This document shows, in pieces, positions 28,718-38,807 of a stretch of 64,000 bases of DNA (position 1 is the first letter of the stretch; each line of letters starts with the position of its first letter). The translations under genes and the position numbers were made by a program. Location of the stretch: assembly GCA_025920425.1 (NCBI GenBank), contig JAPDLS010000001.1, positions 308,484 to 372,483 on the forward strand, in the 5' to 3' direction. Source of the stretch: Candidatus Haiyanarchaeum thermophilum. Its GTDB lineage: Archaea; Nanobdellota; Nanobdellia; JAPDLS01; Haiyanarchaeaceae. Under the pieces are notes generated by a model. That model did no database searches. It was not told the DNA's origin and saw only the letters and a program-made list of their open reading frames with translations.

Positions 28718-31174
28718 ATGAGTTACAGGATTTTGCTCTCTGCCTTGATACTTTTCCTCCTCCTTCCTTATGCTTATTCCCTCACGATCTCATGCATCAT
28801 TAGAAACTCTCCCTCTTGCAACCCTGGAGAGGTAAAGCTCTTAGGAATGAGTTCTACTACAAACGCTCATGCAGAACTTCCTTCGCAGAGCAATTATCAA
28901 TATTCTGTGTGTTGCACCTCCACAGATGGCTCAATTGGTAACTCGTGCTCAGGTACTTATGCTATCTTCTTAAGGCTTTCTGATGTGACCAATGCCCACG
29001 TTCAGAGGGCTGATCTCTATAACGATTATCCAAACGCTGTATGCATCTCCAGTACCCCCCAAAATCCTCTAAGCTGTAGCTATAGCACTAGTTGTCCAGC
29101 TGGAACCGCCTTGAACATTTCGATCTCAAGTGATACCAATGCTCATGTAGGAGATTACAACGCCTATTCCACCAAGATTTGTTGTAGTGCTCAATGTATA
29201 CGTGCTAATCCTACTGTAAGCATCTCCCCAGCTTCCCAAAGTGGGACGGCGGGACAAACTCTTACTTATACGGTAAGCGTAACTAATAATGATAATTCTG
29301 CATGTGGGACTTCCACATTTAGCTTAAGTCCTTCTTGTCCTCCAGGCTGGACCTGTACTTTGGCTTCTACTTCTCTCACGATCTCTCCAGGTTCCTCTGC
29401 ATCTACTACGATTAGTGTTACTTCTCCTTCCACAGCATCTCCTGGTACCTATACTTTCAATGTCACTGCCGTCAATAGTGGCGACCCCTCTTATTCTGGA
29501 AGAGGCTCTGCCGATTATGTTGTGGTAATAGCCGCATACACTTTGTACGTAGATGTCAAAATAGATGTGTTAGATCAACCCCTGAGTGGAGTAAGTGTAA
29601 CAGTAGATTCCACTTCTCAGTCCACTGGACCCAATGGAGTAGTCACATTTTCCATCCCCGCCGGCACTCATACCATCAGTGTGCCTGTTACGTTGGCTGA
29701 TGGTAGACCATTCAGCCATTTCTGGGATCATGATGCAAACCACGATTGTGTGCAGACAGATCTTTATGATACAAGCAATAATCCATACACTTTCATTATG
29801 GCATCATGCGAGAGGAATATTACTGCCTGGTACAAAGTATTCACTTATTTCAGGAATTCAGCTGGGGTTACTGGGGCCATAGATTATAACTATTCCACCT
29901 CTACCATCTCTGGTTATTTGTTGAGGGAGGATGGAAACCCGTTGCATTACTCCACAGGAGCTGTAGTTGTGCTGGAGTACTCTGATGGTTCTACTTGGTA
30001 TTCCATTGGAACTGCGACCACTAATCCTACCAATGGCTTCTTCTCCTATACATGGAGTTGTGTACCTTCTGCTACAGCCATTAGAGCTGTCTTCACGGAC
30101 TCCAATTGGTTCTACGTAAGCTCGACTGGCTTAGTAAACATAAACTGCGCTACAGCTTGTACCTATGCTCTCTCTATTAACCCCACTTCCTCCACCCAAG
30201 TTGCCTCTTCTTACAATTTCTCGATCAGCGCTACCGATTCGTCCTCTTCCACCTGTACCTCTCCAATTACTTATACTATTTCCTACTCCGCAAGTGGAGA
30301 CTGCAGCTCAGTAAGCGTAACTCCAAGCTTCGACATAGACGTGGGAGGAACTCTAAGCCCAGCTTTCTGGGTGAATATCACTAGAGGAACTTCAGCCTGT
30401 ACAGTTTATGTGAATGTTACTTCTCCAGATGGGAACGTGGTAGCTTCTGGTACCTATACTCTTTCTCCCCCTTCAGTTACCATTTCAGATATTTACATCA
30501 CTTCTATTAATCCTCCCTTGAAGGTCGTAAGAGCGAATGAAACTTTCCTCCTAAACCTCACACTCTTTAATGGAGGGAACAATATAGGGAACCTAGATAT
30601 TCTTACTGTAGAGGATCGCAGAAATGTGATAGAGGTCTTAACCTATTCTCCAGATCCTATCCAGAACTTCGCTTCTCAGAGCTATAGAAACCTCACGATT
30701 AGAGTGAAGGCTAGTAGGCTCACTCTTTCCACTACACTCCTTCCAATAATAAATGCTACCAAGGATGGAGCCCTAGTGACAATTTCTCCCATTTATCCAA
30801 TCTTTAATCTATCTATCTCCAAAACTGAAATTCCAATAGGCTCAACTGAGAAGATAAATATTACTCTTTCCCCATACATCTTCGATAGTTCTGGAAATAC
30901 CCAAAGCATAAGCTTCAATCAGCTGACGAATGTCAAGCTCTCTTTTTACAAGCTAGAAGAGGAGCTGGATAAACTTACTGTGATCTACGAAAGATACTTG
31001 AACCAACCTCTCTTCCAATTCACTTTAGAGGATATAGGAATAAAGGGAATAACAAACCCTGCTGCGTGTGGTTATTATGTGGCTATCGTTACTGGAGAAT
31101 ATGTAAATCGAGCTGGATTCCCTGGAAGTGATTCAGTCGGTTTCCTAGTCTCAGGCTGTCTATATCTGCCCTAA
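28718..31174 (+). CDS. secreted Cys/Ser/Thr-rich cell-surface protein with repeated TNAH modules and CARDB-like domain
   Basis: Signal peptide; three S-x-TNAH(A/V) modules each followed by Cys-rich blocks; TYTFNVTAVNSGDP region. Confidence 0.6.
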   Translation: MSYRILLSALILFLLLPYAYSLTISCIIRNSPSCNPGEVKLLGMSSTTNAHAELPSQSNYQYSVCCTSTDGSIGNSCSGTYAIFLRLSDVTNAHVQRADLYNDYPNAVCISSTPQNPLSCSYSTSCPAGTALNISISSDTNAHVGDYNAYSTKICCSAQCIRANPTVSISPASQSGTAGQTLTYTVSVTNNDNSACGTSTFSLSPSCPPGWTCTLASTSLTISPGSSASTTISVTSPSTASPGTYTFNVTAVNSGDPSYSGRGSADYVVVIAAYTLYVDVKIDVLDQPLSGVSVTVDSTSQSTGPNGVVTFSIPAGTHTISVPVTLADGRPFSHFWDHDANHDCVQTDLYDTSNNPYTFIMASCERNITAWYKVFTYFRNSAGVTGAIDYNYSTSTISGYLLREDGNPLHYSTGAVVVLEYSDGSTWYSIGTATTNPTNGFFSYTWSCVPSATAIRAVFTDSNWFYVSSTGLVNINCATACTYALSINPTSSTQVASSYNFSISATDSSSSTCTSPITYTISYSASGDCSSVSVTPSFDIDVGGTLSPAFWVNITRGTSACTVYVNVTSPDGNVVASGTYTLSPPSVTISDIYITSINPPLKVVRANETFLLNLTLFNGGNNIGNLDILTVEDRRNVIEVLTYSPDPIQNFASQSYRNLTIRVKASRLTLSTTLLPIINATKDGALVTISPIYPIFNLSISKTEIPIGSTEKINITLSPYIFDSSGNTQSISFNQLTNVKLSFYKLEEELDKLTVIYERYLNQPLFQFTLEDIGIKGITNPAACGYYVAIVTGEYVNRAGFPGSDSVGFLVSGCLYLP

Positions 31175-32104
31175 TATTTTCTCTATCTCTTTCTGTTCCA
31201 TCAACCTTATCAATTCTTGGTAGTAAGTATCTACCAATTTCTTAGCCTCTTCTTTCTTCTGCTTCTCTAGATTCTTATATTCAGTCTTTATCTTTTCCTT
31301 CAATACATTTATTGCTTCCTCCATCATTGTGGGAGAGCTCAATAGCTCTTCTAACTTCCTAATTTGCTGTGAGTAGGCATCAACTTGTTCACGTTCCTTA
31401 TCTGGATCACGCTGGATCTTATAGAGAGTTACCTTCTCATAACCTTTGTCCACTTTCCTACGCCAAGTCCTATCAGGAACATAATTCCTTACCTTCTGGA
31501 GCTCCTCCTTGAATTCCTTATATTTCTCTCTCCAATCTTTATCGGATAATATCTGGAAAAGGAAGTTTTCTGCAATTTCATGAATTTCAGAGAGCGCATC
31601 TCTCTCCTCGCGCAGATTCTTCTTTCCTAGGATTTGTTCGAGTAGGGATAAATTTTTGTAAATGAATTTAGTTGTATCATCCTTCAATAGGTTTAACAAT
31701 TCATAAGGACTTTTCGCCTTTTGTAAAGACTCTAAGTGTTTCTCCACCTTTGGTAAGAACTCCAAGCATTTCCACTGCTTGCTTCTAAGGGAATAGAAAG
31801 GCTCGCAATATTTTCTCTCAAGTTTTTCCATATCCTCACATATGGAAGTAGCTGCGCAAGCCAACAAGAAGGAATCCTTCCTATTCTCAAGTCTCTTTTT
31901 CAACTCTCGGAACTTCCTAGCGTAAGCTTCCCTCTCCTTATTCTTCTCCTTTACAGCCCTTCTCTCCTCTATCTCTCTCCAAGCCCTCTCCACCCAATTT
32001 CCTACACTCCTATCTATAGAGTGAAGTACATCTGCTGCATCTACTTTTGGCTTCTTACCCCTAAGCCAACGATTCCATGCCCTAAAATATTCTTTGAGCC
32101 CCAT
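31160..32104 (-). CDS. hypothetical K/E-rich coiled-coil protein
   Basis: ORF 314 aa. Confidence 0.45.
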   Translation of the reverse strand: MGLKEYFRAWNRWLRGKKPKVDAADVLHSIDRSVGNWVERAWREIEERRAVKEKNKEREAYARKFRELKKRLENRKDSFLLACAATSICEDMEKLERKYCEPFYSLRSKQWKCLEFLPKVEKHLESLQKAKSPYELLNLLKDDTTKFIYKNLSLLEQILGKKNLREERDALSEIHEIAENFLFQILSDKDWREKYKEFKEELQKVRNYVPDRTWRRKVDKGYEKVTLYKIQRDPDKEREQVDAYSQQIRKLEELLSSPTMMEEAINVLKEKIKTEYKNLEKQKKEEAKKLVDTYYQELIRLMEQKEIEKILGQI

Positions 32105-32139
32105 GTAATTACTAAAAAGTAGATACTTTAAAAATCTTT

Positions 32140-34464
32140 CTACTTAAATTCTAGGTTCCTTATTTTGTGCATCGCCTTCAAATCCTTCTCAAACCCCTTA
32201 AGCCCAGTACTGCAGATAAACCTTTCAATCTCAGCATTTAGAGGAAGTTTATTCTCTTTCTTAAATTTCCATACTTGGGAATTGAATTCAACTAATAGTT
32301 TTGTAAACTTGCTTAAATCTTGAACTTTTTTCACTTTCGGAAATTTCTGCTTATGAATGCTCTCCTTATTCCCAAGACTTAACCAGATAGCTTCACAAAT
32401 GAAGGGGCAAATTGGAGCCAAGAGTTTTATAATAGCCTCGAGACAATAATGGAGGGTATACCTAGCTGAATTTACTTCTTGAGATGAAAATTCATTTCCC
32501 CCATATGCCCTAGGCTTGACGAGTTCTATGTAATGGGGAGCAAAGAGATTCCACACAAAACTCCTTATCTGAGTTGCTACTGTAAATAAATCGAACTTCC
32601 TATAACTTCTCCTACATTTCCTTATAAGTTCATTCATGCAGCTGATGATCCACTGGTCACTGAACTCCAATTTACTTACCCTAGGCTTCTCAAATTGTCT
32701 CACGAATCTAGAAATTTGCCAAAGCTTTTGGAGGAACTTCGAGGATCCTTGAATCTTCCTCTCATTCACCTTGTAATTCTCTCCATGCCTCACCTCTGAG
32801 GCCCCAAAAAAGCGAACCGCATCAGCTCCATACTTGTTGAAGAGGTCTAAAGGATAGACTACATTACCTAGTGACTTATGCATTGGTCTTCCCTTCTCAT
32901 CTAACCCTAATCCACTACACCATACATGTTTGAACACAGGCTTTCCAGTAACATGGAATCCTACCAGAATTGAATAGTAGAGCCAGCTCTTAATTATATC
33001 TTTTCCTTGCACTCTCATCGTGCATGGAAAGTTTTCCTGGAAAAACTCAGGATCCTGCCTGTACTTTAAAATGAAGAGTTCAGAACAGCTTGAGTCCATC
33101 CATGTATCAAATACTCTCTCCTCTCCTACAAATTCTCTGCTCCCACATTTAGGGCATTTCTCAAGTGGGGGATTCTCCTTCCATGGGATGAAATATTTGT
33201 CTCCCTCCGGCAAGATAATCTGTTTACATTTCTTGCAATACCAGAGGGGGATCTCTGTACCATAATATCTCCTCCTAGAAATTGGCCAATCTGAGCTGAG
33301 AGAATTCACCCAGCTTAGCAGGATCTTCCTAGCATCTTTAGGATAAAACCTCATCTCTCCGATTATCTTTTTCAGCTTGGGAATGAAATCCAATTGTCTT
33401 AAATAGAATTCTTTGAGCTCGATGAACTCTATAGGATTCTTAGATCTCCAACAACATGGTACATCCTGTTCTATCTCTTCCTCCTTTTCTATTGCACCTA
33501 GCTTCTCCAGATCTTCCACTATTTTAGCTCTAGCCTCCTCTACCTTGAGCCCTTTGTAAGGTCCCGCATTCTCGTTCATCCTAGCGTCCTCATCTATAGC
33601 CACTATTGGTCTAACTCCAAATTCCTTTACAAGTCTTATGTCGGTACTATCTCCATAGGAACATATCATCACTAGTCCCGTGCCAAACTCAGGCTTTGCA
33701 GATCTATGTTTAAATACAGGCACTCTTCTCGAGAAGATCGGAACCACTAATTGCTTATTTTCCAAGCCCCTATATCTCTTGTCTCTCGGGTTGTATATCA
33801 CGAAAAGACAGCTGCAGAGGAGCTCAGGTCTGGTGGTAGCTATTACCACTTCCCTCTCTTCTCCCTCTACTTTGAATTTTATGTAGTAAAGCTTAACCTT
33901 TCTCCTAGAGTACTCCACTTCAGTGTCAGCTATCGTAGTTCGGCATACTGGGCAATAATTAACTGGCCTGTAATCCTCATAGATCAAGCCTCTCCTGAAG
34001 AAATCTAGGAAGACCTGCTGGGTGAGCTTCCTATATTCTGGAGAGTCTGTCCTATAGAGGTTATCAAAGTCACAGCTCATACCTCCCCTCTTGAGTGCCT
34101 CAACTATTTTTTTCTCCATCTCATCCAGTTCTAAACTGCAAATCCTCAAGAATTCCTCTCTACTTGCATTGCGAATATTTATCCCAGTTTTCCTCTCCAC
34201 GTAATTCTCAACTGGTAGACCATTCCTATCTATGCCTAGGGGAAATAGAACTTGCTTGCCCATCATCCTCATTGCCCTAGCGATCATATCTATCTGCAGA
34301 TAATGAATTGTCTGGGCTATATGGAATATACCAGTCGGATAGGGAGGAGGAGTATCTATCGAAAATATATTTCTCCCTCCTCCTATCTTGAAGAGCTCCT
34401 GACTTTCCCAAAACTTGAGGATCTCTTCCTCCTTCGAAGCTTCCCAGCTTTCCATCTTTACCAT
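32140..34464 (-). CDS. valS: valyl-tRNA synthetase (compact, 774 aa)
   Basis: IDTPPPYPTG N-terminus, editing-domain ATTRPELL, RPMHKSLGN (KMSKS); HIGH appears as FHIAQ. Confidence 0.8.
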   Translation of the reverse strand: MVKMESWEASKEEEILKFWESQELFKIGGGRNIFSIDTPPPYPTGIFHIAQTIHYLQIDMIARAMRMMGKQVLFPLGIDRNGLPVENYVERKTGINIRNASREEFLRICSLELDEMEKKIVEALKRGGMSCDFDNLYRTDSPEYRKLTQQVFLDFFRRGLIYEDYRPVNYCPVCRTTIADTEVEYSRRKVKLYYIKFKVEGEEREVVIATTRPELLCSCLFVIYNPRDKRYRGLENKQLVVPIFSRRVPVFKHRSAKPEFGTGLVMICSYGDSTDIRLVKEFGVRPIVAIDEDARMNENAGPYKGLKVEEARAKIVEDLEKLGAIEKEEEIEQDVPCCWRSKNPIEFIELKEFYLRQLDFIPKLKKIIGEMRFYPKDARKILLSWVNSLSSDWPISRRRYYGTEIPLWYCKKCKQIILPEGDKYFIPWKENPPLEKCPKCGSREFVGEERVFDTWMDSSCSELFILKYRQDPEFFQENFPCTMRVQGKDIIKSWLYYSILVGFHVTGKPVFKHVWCSGLGLDEKGRPMHKSLGNVVYPLDLFNKYGADAVRFFGASEVRHGENYKVNERKIQGSSKFLQKLWQISRFVRQFEKPRVSKLEFSDQWIISCMNELIRKCRRSYRKFDLFTVATQIRSFVWNLFAPHYIELVKPRAYGGNEFSSQEVNSARYTLHYCLEAIIKLLAPICPFICEAIWLSLGNKESIHKQKFPKVKKVQDLSKFTKLLVEFNSQVWKFKKENKLPLNAEIERFICSTGLKGFEKDLKAMHKIRNLEFK

Positions 34465-34562
34465 AAGGGAGGGGAGGAATTTTAAAGCTTCCTCATCACC
34501 ATATCAAAGTAGAGAACCCAAACCAAAAGCTTTAAATATAAGTTGGCTTATTTCCATGAAGA

Positions 34563-34757
34563 TTGGGGGTTAAAATGCCAAGATGTGAGATCTGCAGTAA
34601 TGAAGTAAGCAAAGTATATAAATGCAAAAGTTGTGGAGCTAAATTCTGTGAGAATTGTGGAGATGTAGACAAGTTGATTTGTGAAGATTGTCTAGCCTTC
34701 GAGGAGGAGCTTACCTCCACAGAAGGTATCGAGTTTGAGGAAGGTGAAGGAGGTTAG
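34563..34757 (+). CDS. small zinc-ribbon protein
   Basis: CEICSN..CKSCGAKFCENCG..CEDC Cys pairs, 64 aa. Confidence 0.4.
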   Translation: MGVKMPRCEICSNEVSKVYKCKSCGAKFCENCGDVDKLICEDCLAFEEELTSTEGIEFEEGEGG

Positions 34758-34767
34758 GGTGCATACT

Positions 34768-34872
34768 ATGAGGTTCGTCAAAATGGAAGAGTGGGAGGAA
34801 GAACCGCCAGAGGAAGAAGAAGACTGGGAAGAGGAGGAGTGGGAAGAAGAAGAGTGGGAAGAGGAGGAATAA
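34768..34872 (+). CDS. putative acidic repeat peptide (W-E4)n, 34 aa
   Basis: Hand-translated MRFVKMEEWEEEPPEEEEDWEEEEWEEEEWEEEE from tandem GAAGAG/TGGGAAGAG repeats. Confidence 0.2.
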   Translation: MRFVKMEEWEEEPPEEEEDWEEEEWEEEEWEEEE

Positions 34873-34976
34873 ATCACTGACTCTAGCACTAGCCTTCTTT
34901 AACTTTTTATTTATCTTAATTTGCTTTGGATAGCTATATGGCTCAAGAAGCCAAAAATAGAAAGTTAACGTGAACT

Positions 34977-35243
34977 TTAAACTATGTCTTCCTCAGCCAC
35001 GACAACGAAGTCTCCTATGGCCATCACTGCGTTGAATGGTATCTGATAATTTCCTTCCTCATCTCTTTCCAGTTGAAATGTATCTGCATAAGGAGTAGGG
35101 TTCTTCAGTACCAAATAAATTATCTCCCCACTTCTTGTCTCGAATACTATATCCCCTACTTCCCCAAACTTCTTTCCAGTCTTTGAAACTACCATCTTTC
35201 CAATTAAAGATTGCACAGGCACTCTCTCGCTCTTTGCCTCCAT
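34977..35243 (-). CDS. PRC-barrel domain protein
   Basis: LIGKMVVSKTGKKFGEVGDIVFETRSGEIIYLVL typical PRC barrel. Confidence 0.65.
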   Translation of the reverse strand: MEAKSERVPVQSLIGKMVVSKTGKKFGEVGDIVFETRSGEIIYLVLKNPTPYADTFQLERDEEGNYQIPFNAVMAIGDFVVVAEEDIV

Positions 35244-35290
35244 ATGACCACCTTATTTTATGATAACTTAAAAGCTTTTAAAGCTTCTTA

Positions 35291-35962
35291 TCATAACTTT
35301 TCAACTCTAGGCAGGAATCTCTGGAAGATCAGAAAGAGGATGAGGGCCAATAATGGGAATAAAATGAAGAAGAGCCAAAGAATTTGATAGAGGACCCAAA
35401 GCATGATGGAACCACATAGTAGAGTTGCCCAGGCTATTGGGCTCCATCCGAAGATCTTTCCCCCATCGAATTGGGGTAGGGGGACTAGGCTGAAAGTGGT
35501 TAGAGAGATACTCATCCAAAATAGGGAGTAAATAGGCGGAAAAGCTATTGTAAGCATCGCAAAGAGAATTGCAAGGAAAAAACTGGTGAGGGGGCCTGCA
35601 ATTGAGATTTTACCTATTTCTTCCCTACTCAGCTCCGAATATCCTCTCCTTAATTTCGAAGCCTTTTCTATGGCAATTGTGCCTATCGCAGCTAGGATAA
35701 GCATGCCCCCCGAGAAGAGAGCAAGGATCACTGCTAGAAAGAGAAGCCTCCAATCGGTAGCATATCTGGTCCTACACCCAAATCTTCTAGCTACCCTTGC
35801 ATGCGCATATTCATGGATCCCAAAGATTAGTGAAAGGAAAAATAAATTGAGGATGAATCCTCTGAACGCCACATCTATTGGAAGAAGCCAAAAATCCCTA
35901 TAGGAAAATAGAAAGGAGAGAACTATAATGCCTACAGCCATATTCTTAAACTGAAAGTCCAT
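35291..35962 (-). CDS. membrane zinc metalloprotease, M50 (site-2 protease)-like, paralog A
   Basis: HEYAHARVA in TM helix and LPQFDGGKIFGW (LDGG-like) motif. Confidence 0.6.
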   Translation of the reverse strand: MDFQFKNMAVGIIVLSFLFSYRDFWLLPIDVAFRGFILNLFFLSLIFGIHEYAHARVARRFGCRTRYATDWRLLFLAVILALFSGGMLILAAIGTIAIEKASKLRRGYSELSREEIGKISIAGPLTSFFLAILFAMLTIAFPPIYSLFWMSISLTTFSLVPLPQFDGGKIFGWSPIAWATLLCGSIMLWVLYQILWLFFILFPLLALILFLIFQRFLPRVEKL

Positions 35963-35992
35963 ATAATGAGCACTCTCAAAGGAAATTTAAAA

Positions 35993-36514
35993 TTATCTAA
36001 CGAATGTACTCAAAGCTTGGTAGCCATCTGTGTACGGAATTGGAAGAAGATTGAAGAGGAAGAGATATAGATTTACTCTACTAACCAGATAGGTGTAGAA
36101 TGCCCTTTCCCCCTCCATTCTATGAATGGTTACTCTAGCTACCAAATAAATCAAGAGATTGGTGAGGGGGCCTGCAATTGAAATCCAAAAAATTGCATTC
36201 CTCGTCAGCTGGCCACTGATTGAAACATAGGCTGGAATGAAAAAGAGGATGGGGGATCTGAGAAGTTTGAGTACCACCCCTATTGCAAGTCCAGGGAAAT
36301 ACATGTTATAAACTGCTGAACAGTTGAAGTGAAGTGCAACAAATTTGTGGGCTAATTCATGAAGTACTACTGCAGGGCTTAGGATTAGTGAAGCTATCAA
36401 AATTCTCTCCCAAATCCCTCTCCTTAAGTAAGGATTCTGGAGGAATTGCTCGAAAATGAAACCAAGTAATAAAATTGTTCCGAGAATTTCAACTATTTCG
36501 CTGAACTCAAACAT
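35993..36514 (-). CDS. membrane zinc metalloprotease, M50 (site-2 protease)-like, paralog B
   Basis: HELAHKFVA and NLLPIPYTDGYQAL motifs. Confidence 0.6.
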   Translation of the reverse strand: MFEFSEIVEILGTILLLGFIFEQFLQNPYLRRGIWERILIASLILSPAVVLHELAHKFVALHFNCSAVYNMYFPGLAIGVVLKLLRSPILFFIPAYVSISGQLTRNAIFWISIAGPLTNLLIYLVARVTIHRMEGERAFYTYLVSRVNLYLFLFNLLPIPYTDGYQALSTFVR

Positions 36515-36535
36515 TTCACAGAAATATTTAAGTGA

Positions 36536-37582
36536 TTGTCCTCCTTTAATAATTTTATGGGGGTGCTAGAACAGCTCAAATCAGGAAAAGTTTGTGTGGT
36601 ACATCATAACGATGCAGATGGAATCTGTTCAGCTGCCCTCCTAGCCATTACTATGAAGAAGTTAGGAAATTTTCCAACTAAGATCATCTCCCCAAAGTTC
36701 ACCGAGTTCGATGACAGCATTATCAAGGAAGTTGGTAATTCAGATCTAACTGTGATTCTAGACATGGGACTCGATAAGACTGATTTGGAAGGAATTGGGG
36801 ATTATTTAATCATCGATCACCACCCATTACATGTGATATTTGAACCTACTAAGCTCATCCATTCCACAAAAAATTGTGCATCATACCTTACATTTCACTT
36901 CTGCAATCAATTTGTCAAACTGGATGAATATGCCTGGATAGCAGGAATTGGCTGTTTGGCTGATAAAGATCTCGATGGTTTCCAACAATTGCATACCTTC
37001 ATCAAAAAGAGCTACCCAGACCTCAATGAAAGTATTCTTAGGGTGATGATGTGCTTCATAAGTTCTTCTAGAATCTTTGGCCAAAAGGGGCTGCAGTATG
37101 GAGTAAATGCACTTATAGAGGCTGCTGAGATGAAATCCCCAACCACTGTTCTAGGTTCCACTCCAAATTCTCAAAAATTAGTACGCCTGAGGAGGCTATC
37201 AATAGCTCAGAGAAATTACTGGCTGATGAAGTTCAACGAGATTGCCCAGATCGATTACCAGAATAGAATACTTTCAGCCGAGATCAGTTCTAAGTTTTTT
37301 ATCCAGAATTATTTAGCTGGAACTATCTCAAATTTGTATCCTAGTTTCGTATGTTTTGTGATCAATAGTGGTTTAGATGATAAATATTCTGTAATTGAGG
37401 TTAGGTCCAAGAGCGATCATTTGAATCTCGGATTAATAATGAAAAAAGCATGTAGCTATTTTGAAAACTCAAGCGGAGGTGGACATAGACAAGCTGCAGG
37501 AGCTAAAGTGCCGAAAGCAGTGGTGAAAGAATTCTTGGAAAAAGTCAAGGAAATTATGCAAATAGAGCGCTCAGCCCTGTAG
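36536..37582 (+). CDS. DHH/DHHA1 family phosphoesterase
   Basis: [12 protein letters not shown] (DHH motif I), [10 protein letters not shown] (DHHA1 GGGH). Confidence 0.75.
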   Translation: MSSFNNFMGVLEQLKSGKVCVVHHNDADGICSAALLAITMKKLGNFPTKIISPKFTEFDDSIIKEVGNSDLTVILDMGLDKTDLEGIGDYLIIDHHPLHVIFEPTKLIHSTKNCASYLTFHFCNQFVKLDEYAWIAGIGCLADKDLDGFQQLHTFIKKSYPDLNESILRVMMCFISSSRIFGQKGLQYGVNALIEAAEMKSPTTVLGSTPNSQKLVRLRRLSIAQRNYWLMKFNEIAQIDYQNRILSAEISSKFFIQNYLAGTISNLYPSFVCFVINSGLDDKYSVIEVRSKSDHLNLGLIMKKACSYFENSSGGGHRQAAGAKVPKAVVKEFLEKVKEIMQIERSAL

Positions 37583-37856
37583 CAGCCTCCTCTTCGCTAA
37601 TCTTCTTTTCCTTCTTCTCCTCTTCCTTTGGTTTACTCTCCGCCGCTTGTGGGGATGGAGTTGAAGGAGCTGTACTCACTGGTAGTGCTTGAGCTAGAAC
37701 CTCATCTATGTTCACCCCTTCTAAAGAGGCTACCAATGCTTTAATTCGAGCCTCATCTACTTTAGCTCCTGCTGCTTCCAAGACTCTCCTCAAGCTCTCT
37801 TCATCCACCTTCTTTCCTGTCTTATGTAGGAGTAACGCAGCATATATGTATTCCAT
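37554..37856 (-). CDS. rpl12: 50S ribosomal stalk protein L12/P1
   Basis: [16 protein letters not shown]..., C-terminal EEKKEKK...GLSALFA. Confidence 0.85.
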   Translation of the reverse strand: MEYIYAALLLHKTGKKVDEESLRRVLEAAGAKVDEARIKALVASLEGVNIDEVLAQALPVSTAPSTPSPQAAESKPKEEEKKEKKISEEEAATGLSALFA

Positions 37857-37889
37857 GGTTTAACACCTATATTGCCATACTTATATACT

Positions 37890-38807
37890 TTATCCTCCAA
37901 AGAGTTCCTTAAGCCTAAGCTCGATAAGCATTTCCTTAAGCTCTGAGCTTATGGCATCTGGCCTGACTAAACTTAACTTGTAAGCCAGAGCCAGCATATG
38001 AGAAAATCCCATGAAGAGCAAATTCCTCACCGTCTCTGGAGAAATTATTGAAGCCCTCAGTGCAAAGTTGAAGGAGAGGAGGTGATATTTCCTTAAAAGC
38101 ATTCCTACATTCTCCCTAGTAACATAGTCCAAACATAGGGATAAATAGATGGCTTCCCTGAAGCCTCTCTGAAGCTCTCCCATATAGTAAGTCTCACTCA
38201 CCACAACCTCTCTCAGATCAAAGAATTTCCTATCTTCAAGTGAAGCGAGCAATTGGAGGGTAATTCTCTTAGCCTTGATATCTAGCTTCTTGAGCAGCTC
38301 ACTGATTTCTGGAGTAATTTGATCCCCTGCCTTCAGCAGCTTCACTTCGTTCGTTATCGTGATCTTCCCTCCCTCTACTTTCGTCTTTATATTGAATTTT
38401 GCAAGTTCTGAAATTATTGGACCTGCGGTCAAATTAGTTGGACCTGGAGAAATTATTATATCCTCCTCTACCATATCCCCAGGTTTAGCAAATATCTCCA
38501 CTCTCGAGCTCTCCAACAGCTTCTTTATTTTGAATGAGCTCTCGTTGCTCAAAACGATTACAGGCATAAGTTTAGGGTCGTCCAATAATCTCAACAGCTC
38601 AGAATCTTCCCCAAACTTCTTAGCTATTGCCCTCCTTACTATATTCTTCCTCAACACTAAAACCCGTGCAACAGATTTTATCTTATCTCTCAATTCTTTG
38701 AATTGGGCTGCCTTGAGATGGCGCATATCAGCTAAGCATATGGTCCTATACTTCTCTAACTCCTTACAAAATTCGTCCACAGCTTTCTGCTTCTCAGCTA
38801 TTCCCAC
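37890..38807 (-). CDS. rpl10: 50S ribosomal protein L10/P0
   Basis: Position between L1 and L12 genes, 305 aa, overlaps L1 stop. Confidence 0.85.
   Translation of the reverse strand: MGIAEKQKAVDEFCKELEKYRTICLADMRHLKAAQFKELRDKIKSVARVLVLRKNIVRRAIAKKFGEDSELLRLLDDPKLMPVIVLSNESSFKIKKLLESSRVEIFAKPGDMVEEDIIISPGPTNLTAGPIISELAKFNIKTKVEGGKITITNEVKLLKAGDQITPEISELLKKLDIKAKRITLQLLASLEDRKFFDLREVVVSETYYMGELQRGFREAIYLSLCLDYVTRENVGMLLRKYHLLSFNFALRASIISPETVRNLLFMGFSHMLALAYKLSLVRPDAISSELKEMLIELRLKELFGG

Noticed and set aside
34780-34872. Tandem GAAGAG/TGGGAAGAG repeats considered as CRISPR-like or satellite array
   Set aside because: Repeat unit is 9-15 nt without spacers and is in-frame coding low complexity. 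No CRISPR repeat-spacer architecture exists anywhere in the window.
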